Position numbers and translations under genes: made by a program. A DNA stretch of 64,000 bases from Candidatus Eiseniibacteriota bacterium (GTDB lineage: Bacteria > Eisenbacteria > RBG-16-71-46). Below the pieces are notes generated by a model, which worked only from the letters and a program-made list of their open reading frames with translations, was not told the origin of the DNA and searched no databases. The number at the start of each line of letters is the position of its first letter. The stretch's first letter is position 1. Shown in pieces: positions 48,150 through 56,588 of this stretch. The stretch covers positions 1 to 64,000 of the forward strand of contig JBGAOA010000004.1 of NCBI GenBank assembly GCA_044222065.1, given 5' to 3'.

Positions 48150-50585
48150 TCAGCGCAGCGGCTTGAGCGCGATCGCGAGCTCGAGGTTCGTCGTGCCGAG
48201 GCTCACGGCCTCGCGGTGGGTCAGGAACCCTTGCGCGACGACGGACAGCGTGCGGTCGCCGCTCGGCGCGGCGATGCAGAAGCGCCCGCGCCGGTCGGTG
48301 CGCGCGGACAGATCGAGGTCGGCGAGCAGCACGCGCGCGCCGACGACCGGGTGGCCCTCGTCGTCCACGACCGCGCCGCACAGCAGCGGCCAGTCGGAGG
48401 AATCACCGGCCGCCTCGTCGGCCGCGCTCGACGGCGCGGCCTGCGCGGGCGCCGGTGCGGAGGTCACGTTGGTGCGCGTCGCGGACGTGAAGGCGGGCGG
48501 ATTCGCAGCCGGAGCGGGCGGCGGCGCGGCATTCGCGCCCGCGGGCGTCGTGCCCGCGGACGGCTCGCTCGTGCGCGCCGGAGCGGCCGCGGCATTCGTG
48601 GGACGCGACGTGGCCGCGACGTTCGGCGAGCGCGGCGAGGTCGCGGCGGCGTCGGAACGCGTCGCGGGCGCCGCGTTCACGACGGGCTTCGAGGCGGGCG
48701 GCGTGCGCTCGGGCGCCGGCGATGCGGTTTCGGCCGGCGCGTTCGCGCGTGCGGGCGGCGTCGGCGCGGGCGCCGCCGGTTCGAGCGCGGTCGCGGGTAC
48801 CGCGGGCGCGGGCTCGAGGTTCGCGTTCGGTTCGAGCGCCGGCGCGTCGTGGCGTGCGGCGGCGGACCCGGGCGTCACGCCCGTCGCGGGCGGTCCCGAG
48901 AGCCGGGGCCCGATCCACACGCCGAACGCGAAGAGCATCAGCGCCACGCTCGCGATCGCGATCGCCGAGCCGTGCGACGAGCGCTTCGGAGGCGCCGTGT
49001 CCATCATGCGCTCGAGTCGCGAGATCGCGGCCTCACGCGCGGCCGCCGCGCGCGCCTCGGCGCGCTTCGCACGGGCGCGCGCGCGGCGCGGCGACTCGGG
49101 CGCGCCGTCGTCGCCGGTCGCGAACGCATCGGCGTCGTCGTCGGCCGCGACCTCGGCGAGGTCGGCGTCCATCGGCGGCGTATCCGTCTCGCGCGCGAGG
49201 CTCGCGCGGTCGTCGTGCGCGTTCGCGGGCGCGTCCGATTCGCGTGCGTCCTTCGCGCGTCGCTCGTCGCGTCGCGGCGTTTCGGAAGCGGCCGCCGCGG
49301 TCGGGGTCGCCGCACCGTCGGCCGGGCGCGAGGCATCGGGCTTCGCGCCGCGCCCGAAGCGGCCGAGGTCGAGCTGCTGCGGCACGATCGGCCGAGTCGC
49401 CTGGTTCGCCGCCGGCGAGATGGACTGGCTCGGCAGGATGAGCGGCGTCGGCCGGCCCGCGGCTCGATCCGGCGCTTGCGACGCCGGCGACGACGCCGCG
49501 TCGCGGCCGCGCGATTCACGCCGCGACTCGCGCGAGCGCTCGGGCGCGACGTCGCGCTTCGGCGTCTCGGGCTTCGGTGCGGCGACGTTCGTCGGAGCGG
49601 CATCGCGCTTCGGTGTCTCGGGCTTCGGCGCGGCGACGTTCGTCGGAGCGGCATCGCGCGTCGGCGTCTCGGGCTTCGGAGCGGCATCGCGCTCTTTCGC
49701 CTCGCGCTTCGGCGCGGCTTCGTTCGCCGTCGCCGCATCGCGCTCTTTCGCCTCGCGCTTCGTCGCGGCTTCGTTCGCCGTCGCGGCATGGCGCTCTTTC
49801 GCCTCGCGCTTCGGCGCGGCTTCGTTCGCCGTCGCGGCATCGCGCTCCTTCGCCTCGCTCTTCGCCGCAACGTCGCTCGTGGGCTCGGCCCCGCGCTTCG
49901 CCGTCTCGCTCTTCGCCGCGGCGTCGGGCTTCGCCACGCCATCGTGCTTCGGCGCTTCCGGCTTCGCCACGAGGCGCGGAGGCTCGATCGCTCGCGGCGC
50001 GGCGGGCGCGGGGCCCTGCGGCTCGAGCGATTCGAGTTCGATCGCCGGCGGCTCGGGCGGCGGGGGCGGCCCCGCCGACGCGCCCGCGTCGCTCGCCGCA
50101 GGGAGCGCCGGAATCGCCGCGGCCGGTTCGTTCGCGATCGGGTCGGCGGGCGCGACGAGTTCGAGCGGCTCGGGCGCGTCGGCCGCGCGCGCCGCACGCG
50201 CCTCGCCGGCGCTCGCCGCGCGGTCCGCGGGCCTGGTCGTCGCCTCGCGGCGTTCGGCGCGCCGCTCGATCCGCGGGTCCGCGCCCGTCTTCGCGAGGCC
50301 GAGGAAGTTCGCGAGCCGAGAACCGCCGCGCTTCGCCCGGGGCGCGCCGCCCGTCGCCTCCGCTTCGATCTCGGTTTCGAGGCGCGTGGCCGCGTCCTCG
50401 AAGAACTCGTCGCCCGGGTCGTGCGCGAGCAGGCGCACGAGCGCCGCGTCCACGCGCGCGAGCCGCTCGCGGCGCTCGGTGCACGCCTCGCACGCCGACA
50501 GGTGCCGACGCACGAGTTCGAGCGAGACGCCGAACAGCGCGTCGTCGAGCGAGGCCGAGAGCTGCTGGGGCGTGAGGTGCTTCAT
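48150..50585 (-). CDS. Putative zinc-finger anti-sigma factor with a long repetitive linker, one TM and a C-terminal carboxypeptidase-regulatory-like domain
   Basis: HLSACEAC (HxxxCxxC); TM IAIASVALMLFAFGVWIG; G.VVDDEGHPVVGARV..TDRRGRF; ATGA overlap with the ECF sigma stop. Confidence 0.75.
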   Translation of the reverse strand: MKHLTPQQLSASLDDALFGVSLELVRRHLSACEACTERRERLARVDAALVRLLAHDPGDEFFEDAATRLETEIEAEATGGAPRAKRGGSRLANFLGLAKTGADPRIERRAERREATTRPADRAASAGEARAARAADAPEPLELVAPADPIANEPAAAIPALPAASDAGASAGPPPPPEPPAIELESLEPQGPAPAAPRAIEPPRLVAKPEAPKHDGVAKPDAAAKSETAKRGAEPTSDVAAKSEAKERDAATANEAAPKREAKERHAATANEAATKREAKERDAATANEAAPKREAKERDAAPKPETPTRDAAPTNVAAPKPETPKRDAAPTNVAAPKPETPKRDVAPERSRESRRESRGRDAASSPASQAPDRAAGRPTPLILPSQSISPAANQATRPIVPQQLDLGRFGRGAKPDASRPADGAATPTAAAASETPRRDERRAKDARESDAPANAHDDRASLARETDTPPMDADLAEVAADDDADAFATGDDGAPESPRRARARAKRAEARAAAAREAAISRLERMMDTAPPKRSSHGSAIAIASVALMLFAFGVWIGPRLSGPPATGVTPGSAAARHDAPALEPNANLEPAPAVPATALEPAAPAPTPPARANAPAETASPAPERTPPASKPVVNAAPATRSDAAATSPRSPNVAATSRPTNAAAAPARTSEPSAGTTPAGANAAPPPAPAANPPAFTSATRTNVTSAPAPAQAAPSSAADEAAGDSSDWPLLCGAVVDDEGHPVVGARVLLADLDLSARTDRRGRFCIAAPSGDRTLSVVAQGFLTHREAVSLGTTNLELAIALKPLR
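49540..49950. repeat. In-frame 51-bp (17-aa) tandem repeat array, two sub-types
   Basis: Units at 49552/49603/49654 (RDAAPTNVAAPKPETPK) and 49684/49735/49786/49837 (RDAATANEAAPKREAKE). Confidence 0.88.
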
Positions 50586-51172
50586 GCGGCGTCCTCGCGC
50601 GGTTCTGCGGGCAGCGCCGTCGCGAGCCGCTCGCGCACGCCCGCGAGCCGGTGCATCACGTGGCCGACCTGCGTCTCGGTCAGGTTTCCGAGCGCGGCGT
50701 AGTGCAGCTGCTCGACGAGCCGGAGCGCGAGCAGCATCTGCTCATCGGGGCCGAGATCGGCGTACGCGCGCAGCACCGCGGGATCGAGCGTCGCGGCTTC
50801 GGGCGGGTACGACGGGTCGTTCCACGCCTCGCCGTTCGGGCGCACGCGCGCGGCGAACGACGGCTGGTCTCCCGCGCGCCGGCGCTGTCGCGTCACGGCG
50901 AGGTTGCGCGCGATGCGCGCGAGCCACGGGAAGAACGGCCGGCCGACCGGCAGGTGGCGCAGCCCGCGCCACGCGTGAAGGGCGGACTCGTGCGCGAGAT
51001 TCGCCGCGGCCGAGTGCTCGCGCGTGAACGCGAAGCACAGCCGGTAGAGCGGACGCTGGTACTCGCGCAGCAGCTCGAAGAACGCCGGACGGTCGCCCTT
51101 CTGCGCCAGCAGCACGAGACCCGCTTCTCGACCGGACTCCATCCAGGGTCCGGGGTTCACCGGAGCGTCCAT
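50582..51172 (-). CDS. ECF-family RNA polymerase sigma factor
   Basis: AQKGDRPAFFELL.EYQ..LYRLC, FFPWLARIARN, degenerate region 4; coupled to the zf anti-sigma gene. Confidence 0.8.
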   Translation of the reverse strand: MDAPVNPGPWMESGREAGLVLLAQKGDRPAFFELLREYQRPLYRLCFAFTREHSAAANLAHESALHAWRGLRHLPVGRPFFPWLARIARNLAVTRQRRRAGDQPSFAARVRPNGEAWNDPSYPPEAATLDPAVLRAYADLGPDEQMLLALRLVEQLHYAALGNLTETQVGHVMHRLAGVRERLATALPAEPREDAA

Positions 51173-51656
51173 ATTCCGGGTTCCTCTCCACGCCTTTCGC
51201 CGCACGCTCGAACACCCCACGGGCCGAGACCCGCGGGCGGAGACCTGCCGAGATCGTTTTCGGCCGCGCGGGCCGAGGCTTAGAGGGGGAATTGCCGCCC
51301 CGCCCCGGCCGCCGCCGGTGCCGGGTCATTTCGTCCCGGCCACCGGCGACCCGTAACCCCTGTGCGCCCCGGCCGGTTTTCGCGTTTAGGGAAGTGAGAG
51401 GGGGCCGGAACGGGTCGCGCACCGAGGGCGCGTGATCTTTTCGACGGGCACCTTGTCGAAGGGGACTCAGGGAGTCCCGCCGCGTCGGAGGGCGGGGCCC
51501 GGGCCTCCCCCCGGCAGGCGGAGCGAAGGCTCCGCCGCCGCGCCGACGGCATGGGCCGGCGCGGACGGAACGAGGCGCGGCCCTCTCGAATGTTGCGCCG
51601 GTAGCGAGGTGCGTTGCCCGCGGTGGGGCGGGCGACGCCCTCCGCCGGCGCAGCTG

Positions 51657-54600
51657 CTATTGCACGCGGACCTGGAACGTCACGCTGCCCGAGCCGCCCG
51701 GAAGCAGCGTGCCCGAGAGCGTCCACTGGACGACGCCCGTTCCGCCCGGCGCCGGCGCCGCCGAGACCACGCAGCCCGTGAGTCCGCCGCCGAGCGCGCC
51801 GCAGCCCGCGCCGAGGAACACGGTGTAGGCGGGGGTCGCGTCCTGGACCACGATCGCGGACAGCGGCTCGGGCCCGGGATTCGTGTAGGTGATCGTGTAG
51901 GTGAGCGCATCGCCCGGCAGCGCGGACGCGCTGCTCACGGACTTCGTCAGCTGGAGTCCGCCCGAGGTCGCGATCGTCGTCTGATCGAGCAGCACCGCGT
52001 CGGCCGAGAGCGGCGGCGCCGCGCCCGAATAGTCGAAGCTCGCCCGCACCGTGAGCTGCTCGCCCGCGCCCGCGGTCGCGCCTGCCGGGCTCTGGTGGCG
52101 CACGATCACGCACACGCTCTGGCCCGCGAGCAGCGCGAGCGGCGCCGTGATCTCGGGCTCGCCGGGCTCGAGCACGCCGTCGCAGTCGAGATCGCGCCAC
52201 ACGCTCGCCGACCAGCCCGGGATCGCCGGCACCGGCGCGCCGCTCGTCGAGAAGGCGAGCGTCCCCGCCGAGCCGGCCGCGAACACGTGCGGGTAGTCGG
52301 CGAAGGCGCCGGGGAACACCGCGCGCGCGCCCGCGGCGGCGAAGCCGCTCGCGGGCACGTCGCCGAAGCCGAGACCCGAGTACACGACGCCGCTCGCGAG
52401 CGTGAACGCGAACGCGTCGGAGGCGCGCGCGTACGTGCCGCCCGTGGTGCCGGCGGCGCCGCCCGTCGAGAGCCATCCCGAAGGCGTCGATTCGGCGATC
52501 GTCACCGCGCCCGCGGCCGTGAACGGCAGCCACAGCGCGAAGCCGCCGGCCGGATCGGTGAGCACGCTGTCGCACGCGCCGCCCGGGCACGCGGCCGACA
52601 GCGCGCGCACGCGCGCGCCGGCGACGCCAGCTTCGGCCGGCTGCGCCACGCCGTCGTTCGCGCCGCCGCCGCCCGCGCCGTCGTCGCGGAACACGCGGCC
52701 TTCGACGCGGCTGCCGTGGTAGAAGCCGAAGTTCTGGTCCACGAGGTTCGCGGCCGACACCGTGACGGTCGTGCGCACGCCGCCCGCGGCCTCGGTGCCG
52801 ATCCAGCCCGCGGGTGTGGCGGGCGTCACGTCGGAGGCGACGCCGTTGTCGTCGAGCACGATCGAGTACGTGCCGGCGGCGACGAAGCCGAAGCCGTAGG
52901 CCCCGGTGATGCCGTCCACCGACACGATCTGCTGCGCCGAGCCGGGCAGCGCGTTCGACACGAGCTTCGCGAACAGCGGCTGGCCGGTGCCGTTCTCGCC
53001 CGCATCGCGCGTGAGGTCGTGGTTCGCGTCGTGGTACGCCCAGCCGCTCACCGACACGCCGCTCGTCACGGTCGCGAGCCCCGAGAACTCGCTCGTCGCC
53101 GAGGCGAGCGTCGCCGTCGCCGTGAGCCGCACGCCGGGCGAGACCGCGCCCGGGGTCGGAACCGTGAAGCGGAAGCGGTTCGTGAGGTCGGTGCCCTGGT
53201 TCACACCGTTCACGAGCCCCGAATAGGTGCTCGCGCCGGCGTCGAGGTCCGAGGCCGAGCCTTCGACGAGCGTCGTCACGTACGTGCGGCCCTCGCCGAA
53301 GCCCGAGGGATCGGGCTCGGCCACGAACAGCTCGATCGTCGAGCCCGGCCGCGCCCAGCCCGTCACGGTGAAGCTGCCGTTCGCCGTGACCGCGGTTTCG
53401 AGCACGGGGAAGTTCGGCAGTCCGTTCGCGCCGGCGTCGGCGTCGGCGAGATCGTTGCGCGTGAAGAACGGGCTCGTGCCGCGCGCTTCGTTCTGGCCGC
53501 TCGCGAGCAGGTCGATGCCGATCTGCCCGCTCGCGACACCGCCGCCGAGCGGTGCGACGGTGCCGTTGTCGTACATCGAATTGCGCGTGAGCGTGCTCGT
53601 CGAAGCGGTCGGGCAGGCGAGCACGCCCGCGCCGACGTTCTGCGCGAGCACGCAGCGATCGACGCGGTTGCCGGCGCCGTCGAGCCGCACGCCCGGCGTC
53701 TCGGACGTCGCGCCCGCGCCGAGCCCGTTGCGCGTCACGGTGAGGTTCGTGAACGTCGAGCCGCCGGTGCCGGTGCGCGTGTCGAGGCCCGGCCCCTCGT
53801 GCTGCGTCACGAGCGCGTTGCGCACGACGAGCGTCCCGCCCCCTTCGAGCGACACGCCGTCGCGCGTCGGGTTCCCGATCGCGTTCCCGCGGATCTCGGC
53901 GCCGTCCACCGTCCAGCCGTTCGAGCCCGCGACGAACGCGAGACCCGAGCCCGCGCCGAAGCCCGCGAGCACGTTCGTCACCGCGCCGTTGTCGCCGCCG
54001 ACGGCGCGCAGGTGGTCGCCGCCCGAGCGCAGGCTCGCGCCGGGATCGGCGAACGCGCGCGCGGACGTGCCGAGCACGGCGGCCGTGAGCGCGAACGCGT
54101 TCGCCGTCGCGCCGACGCGCACGTCGGCGTTCGCGTCCGAGCCGGCGGCGTTCCCGAAGCCGAACACGGCGAGACGCGCGAGCACGACGTTCGCGGCCTG
54201 CACGTCGAGGCCGATCGCGACCGACAGGCTGTCGCGCAGTTCGACCTCGGGCGCGGCGACGGTCGCGAGCGCGACGCCGTCCACGCCGACGGTGCCGCCC
54301 GCGCCGAGCGCGCCGGGATTCGTGTCGCCGACGTTCGCGGTCTGCGTCGCGCCGTCCACGCGCACGGCCTCCGTGATCGCGGGCAGCGCGCTCGTCACGC
54401 GCACGGACACGACGCCGCTCACGAGCAGGTTCGCGAGTCCCGCGCGCAGGCCCGGGTGCGCGGCGCCGTCGGTGACGAGGAACAGCGCGTTCTCGGTGCC
54501 GGGCGTGAAGCCGGACTGGGCGAGCCCGGTGTTCGAGAGCGCGTTCGCGTTCACGAGGAACTGGCGCAGGCTGCCTGCGCCTGAGTCGTTCGCGTTCACG

Positions 54601-56588
54601 ATCGTGTCGAAGTTGAAGCCGAAGTCGAGCCCGCCGAGGTCGGCCGTGCCCGCGAACGCGACGGGCGCGAGCGACTGCGCGGTCGTCGTCGCGGTCGTGA
54701 GCGAGGCGAGCGTCTGGCTCGTCAGGTTCGCCGCGGCGTCCGCGCGCGCCGGGTTCTCGCCGCCGACGCGGTTCGCGTCCGCGACCGCCGCGCCGCCCGA
54801 GGCGTCGGTGCGGAACGTCTGCACGGGGAGCAGCGTCGCGACGGCGCCCGCGCGCGACGAGGTGACGGTCGCGTTCACGACGCGCACGGTGTAGCTGCCG
54901 CCGACGAAGCCGTCGAACACGTAGAGCCCCGCGGCATCCGTCGTGTCGGCCGCGAGCCACGCGCCCGAGGCGTCGTACAGCTCGACGCGCACGTTCGGCC
55001 GCGCGACGCCGCCCGACGCGGCGAGCGAGCGGCCCGCGCCGCCGCCGTAGTTCACGTCCTCGAACACGGTGCCCGTGAAGCGGTAGCCCGTCACCGTGAC
55101 GTCGGTGCGCTGGACCCCGGGCGTCACGGCGTCGCCGTCCGAGAGCGCCGCGAGCGGTGTGCCCGACTGGGCGCCGATGCAGTCGAGCGCGGCCTGGTTC
55201 GACACGACGGTGCCGGTCGGCGCGGGCGCGTTCACCGTGACGCGGAAGCGCACGCTCGAGGACGCCCCGGGCGCGATCGAGCCGCCGGCGCCGGCGGTCG
55301 CGCCGCTCCCGAGCCGGAACGTCACGCGCCGGCTCGCCGCGTCGTACTCGGCCTGGTCGTCGCCCGCGGCGTCGGACTTCGTGCCCGCGTTCGGGCCGCT
55401 CGCGACGACGAGGCTGCCGGCCACGTACGTCGCGTTCGCGGGCAGCGTGTCGCGCACGACGACCGCGTTCGCGCCGTCGTTGCCGTCGTTGCGCAGCGTG
55501 ACGAGGTACTCGAGCACGTCGCCCGGACGCACGACGCCGCCGTTCACGTCGGTCACGGTCTTCGTATAGCCGGTCGCGTTGAAGATCGGCTGGTACAGCT
55601 CGGTCGCGAACGTCAGCAGGCCCGGCAGGATGCGGTCGCCCGTCGAGACGACCGTGATCGTCGCGCTCGTCGCGCCGTTCGGCAGCACGCCGTTCGCGGT
55701 GATCAGATCCACGTCCCAGCCGAGCTGGTTCTGGTAGTTCGGGTTCTTCGCCGTGAAGTTGGCGCCGAACTGCGTGATCGTGCTGTTGAAGAAGTTGTCC
55801 ACCGGGTTCAGCGCGTCGGACAGGTTCGTGCCGTTCAGCTGGAACGCGTCGCCGGTGAGGCCGCGGTCGCCCTCGCCCGCGACGACGCCGAGCCGCGTGT
55901 TCACGGCGCCCGCGGGCGGCGTGACGAAGCCGCTCGTCGTCGTCGTGACCGTCGCGCCCGGCTCGACGCGCGCGAAGCCGTCGAACACGACCAGGTTGCG
56001 CGGCGGCTGGCTCGCGAGCGCGTACACGACGACGAGCGCCCAGCCCGCGTGATGGTTCGCGCTGCCCGTGGTCGAGTAGACGTTCGCGCACCAGTACGTG
56101 CCGCTGCCGCCGGCCTGAACGAGCGCCGTCACGTCGCGGAAGCCCTGGTAGTAGGGCGACGACACGTCGAGCTGCGTCGCGATGATGTTCTGGTAGCCGA
56201 CGGCCGGGGTCGAGAAGCGGCACGTGTTGCGCGCGGCGTTCGTGGACTCGCCCTGCCAGTAGAGCCCGGCCCACAGGACCGTCGCGCCCGCGGGCACGGT
56301 GAGCGTCGCGCTGCTCGACGAGAACGTCGTGCCGTCGGCGTCGGCGTTCACGTACGTCATCGTGAAGTCGTTGTTGTCCACGTTGCCGCCCGTGCCGTTG
56401 CGGCCGTTCGTGCAGCCGCCGCCGCCGTTGCACGACAGGATCGTGTTTCCGACGAGCGTGATGTCGCCGCTCTGGTTGGTCGTGAAGCGCGGCGTGAACG
56501 TGCGCACGACCTGAGCCGCCGCGGGCGCGGCGGCGAGCGCGAGCGCGAGCGATGCGAAGACGAGCGGGCGGAGCGTGCGCGCGCTCAT
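51657..56588 (-). CDS. Large secreted adhesin-like protein: N-terminal globular domain, DUF11, SdrD-B-like, beta-helix, C-terminal truncated DUF11
   Basis: Signal peptide MSARTLRPLVFASLALALAAAPAAA; PGDVLEY.VT..N.G..D.LP; GSLRQF..NAN; IGIDL..N.DLAD.D.GANG..NFP; ATGA overlap with the upstream gene. Confidence 0.82.
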   Translation of the reverse strand: MSARTLRPLVFASLALALAAAPAAAQVVRTFTPRFTTNQSGDITLVGNTILSCNGGGGCTNGRNGTGGNVDNNDFTMTYVNADADGTTFSSSSATLTVPAGATVLWAGLYWQGESTNAARNTCRFSTPAVGYQNIIATQLDVSSPYYQGFRDVTALVQAGGSGTYWCANVYSTTGSANHHAGWALVVVYALASQPPRNLVVFDGFARVEPGATVTTTTSGFVTPPAGAVNTRLGVVAGEGDRGLTGDAFQLNGTNLSDALNPVDNFFNSTITQFGANFTAKNPNYQNQLGWDVDLITANGVLPNGATSATITVVSTGDRILPGLLTFATELYQPIFNATGYTKTVTDVNGGVVRPGDVLEYLVTLRNDGNDGANAVVVRDTLPANATYVAGSLVVASGPNAGTKSDAAGDDQAEYDAASRRVTFRLGSGATAGAGGSIAPGASSSVRFRVTVNAPAPTGTVVSNQAALDCIGAQSGTPLAALSDGDAVTPGVQRTDVTVTGYRFTGTVFEDVNYGGGAGRSLAASGGVARPNVRVELYDASGAWLAADTTDAAGLYVFDGFVGGSYTVRVVNATVTSSRAGAVATLLPVQTFRTDASGGAAVADANRVGGENPARADAAANLTSQTLASLTTATTTAQSLAPVAFAGTADLGGLDFGFNFDTIVNANDSGAGSLRQFLVNANALSNTGLAQSGFTPGTENALFLVTDGAAHPGLRAGLANLLVSGVVSVRVTSALPAITEAVRVDGATQTANVGDTNPGALGAGGTVGVDGVALATVAAPEVELRDSLSVAIGLDVQAANVVLARLAVFGFGNAAGSDANADVRVGATANAFALTAAVLGTSARAFADPGASLRSGGDHLRAVGGDNGAVTNVLAGFGAGSGLAFVAGSNGWTVDGAEIRGNAIGNPTRDGVSLEGGGTLVVRNALVTQHEGPGLDTRTGTGGSTFTNLTVTRNGLGAGATSETPGVRLDGAGNRVDRCVLAQNVGAGVLACPTASTSTLTRNSMYDNGTVAPLGGGVASGQIGIDLLASGQNEARGTSPFFTRNDLADADAGANGLPNFPVLETAVTANGSFTVTGWARPGSTIELFVAEPDPSGFGEGRTYVTTLVEGSASDLDAGASTYSGLVNGVNQGTDLTNRFRFTVPTPGAVSPGVRLTATATLASATSEFSGLATVTSGVSVSGWAYHDANHDLTRDAGENGTGQPLFAKLVSNALPGSAQQIVSVDGITGAYGFGFVAAGTYSIVLDDNGVASDVTPATPAGWIGTEAAGGVRTTVTVSAANLVDQNFGFYHGSRVEGRVFRDDGAGGGGANDGVAQPAEAGVAGARVRALSAACPGGACDSVLTDPAGGFALWLPFTAAGAVTIAESTPSGWLSTGGAAGTTGGTYARASDAFAFTLASGVVYSGLGFGDVPASGFAAAGARAVFPGAFADYPHVFAAGSAGTLAFSTSGAPVPAIPGWSASVWRDLDCDGVLEPGEPEITAPLALLAGQSVCVIVRHQSPAGATAGAGEQLTVRASFDYSGAAPPLSADAVLLDQTTIATSGGLQLTKSVSSASALPGDALTYTITYTNPGPEPLSAIVVQDATPAYTVFLGAGCGALGGGLTGCVVSAAPAPGGTGVVQWTLSGTLLPGGSGSVTFQVRVQ

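Noticed and set aside
49540..49950. 51-bp repeats as CRISPR or a mobile element
   Set aside because: In-frame coding tandem repeats with no spacers or terminal repeats.
46129..51027. 1632-aa plus-strand ORF (similarly 16708-20388 +, 25710-29099 +, 36019-40146 -, 51280-56433 -, 56552-60091 +)
   Set aside because: Arg/Ala-rich shadow ORFs, antisense or off-frame to well-supported genes, as expected at very high GC.
51173..51656. Structured ncRNA or riboswitch in the 480-nt spacer upstream of the ECF sigma
   Set aside because: Several small hairpins, but no recognisable conserved family motif; such stems are common at this GC content.
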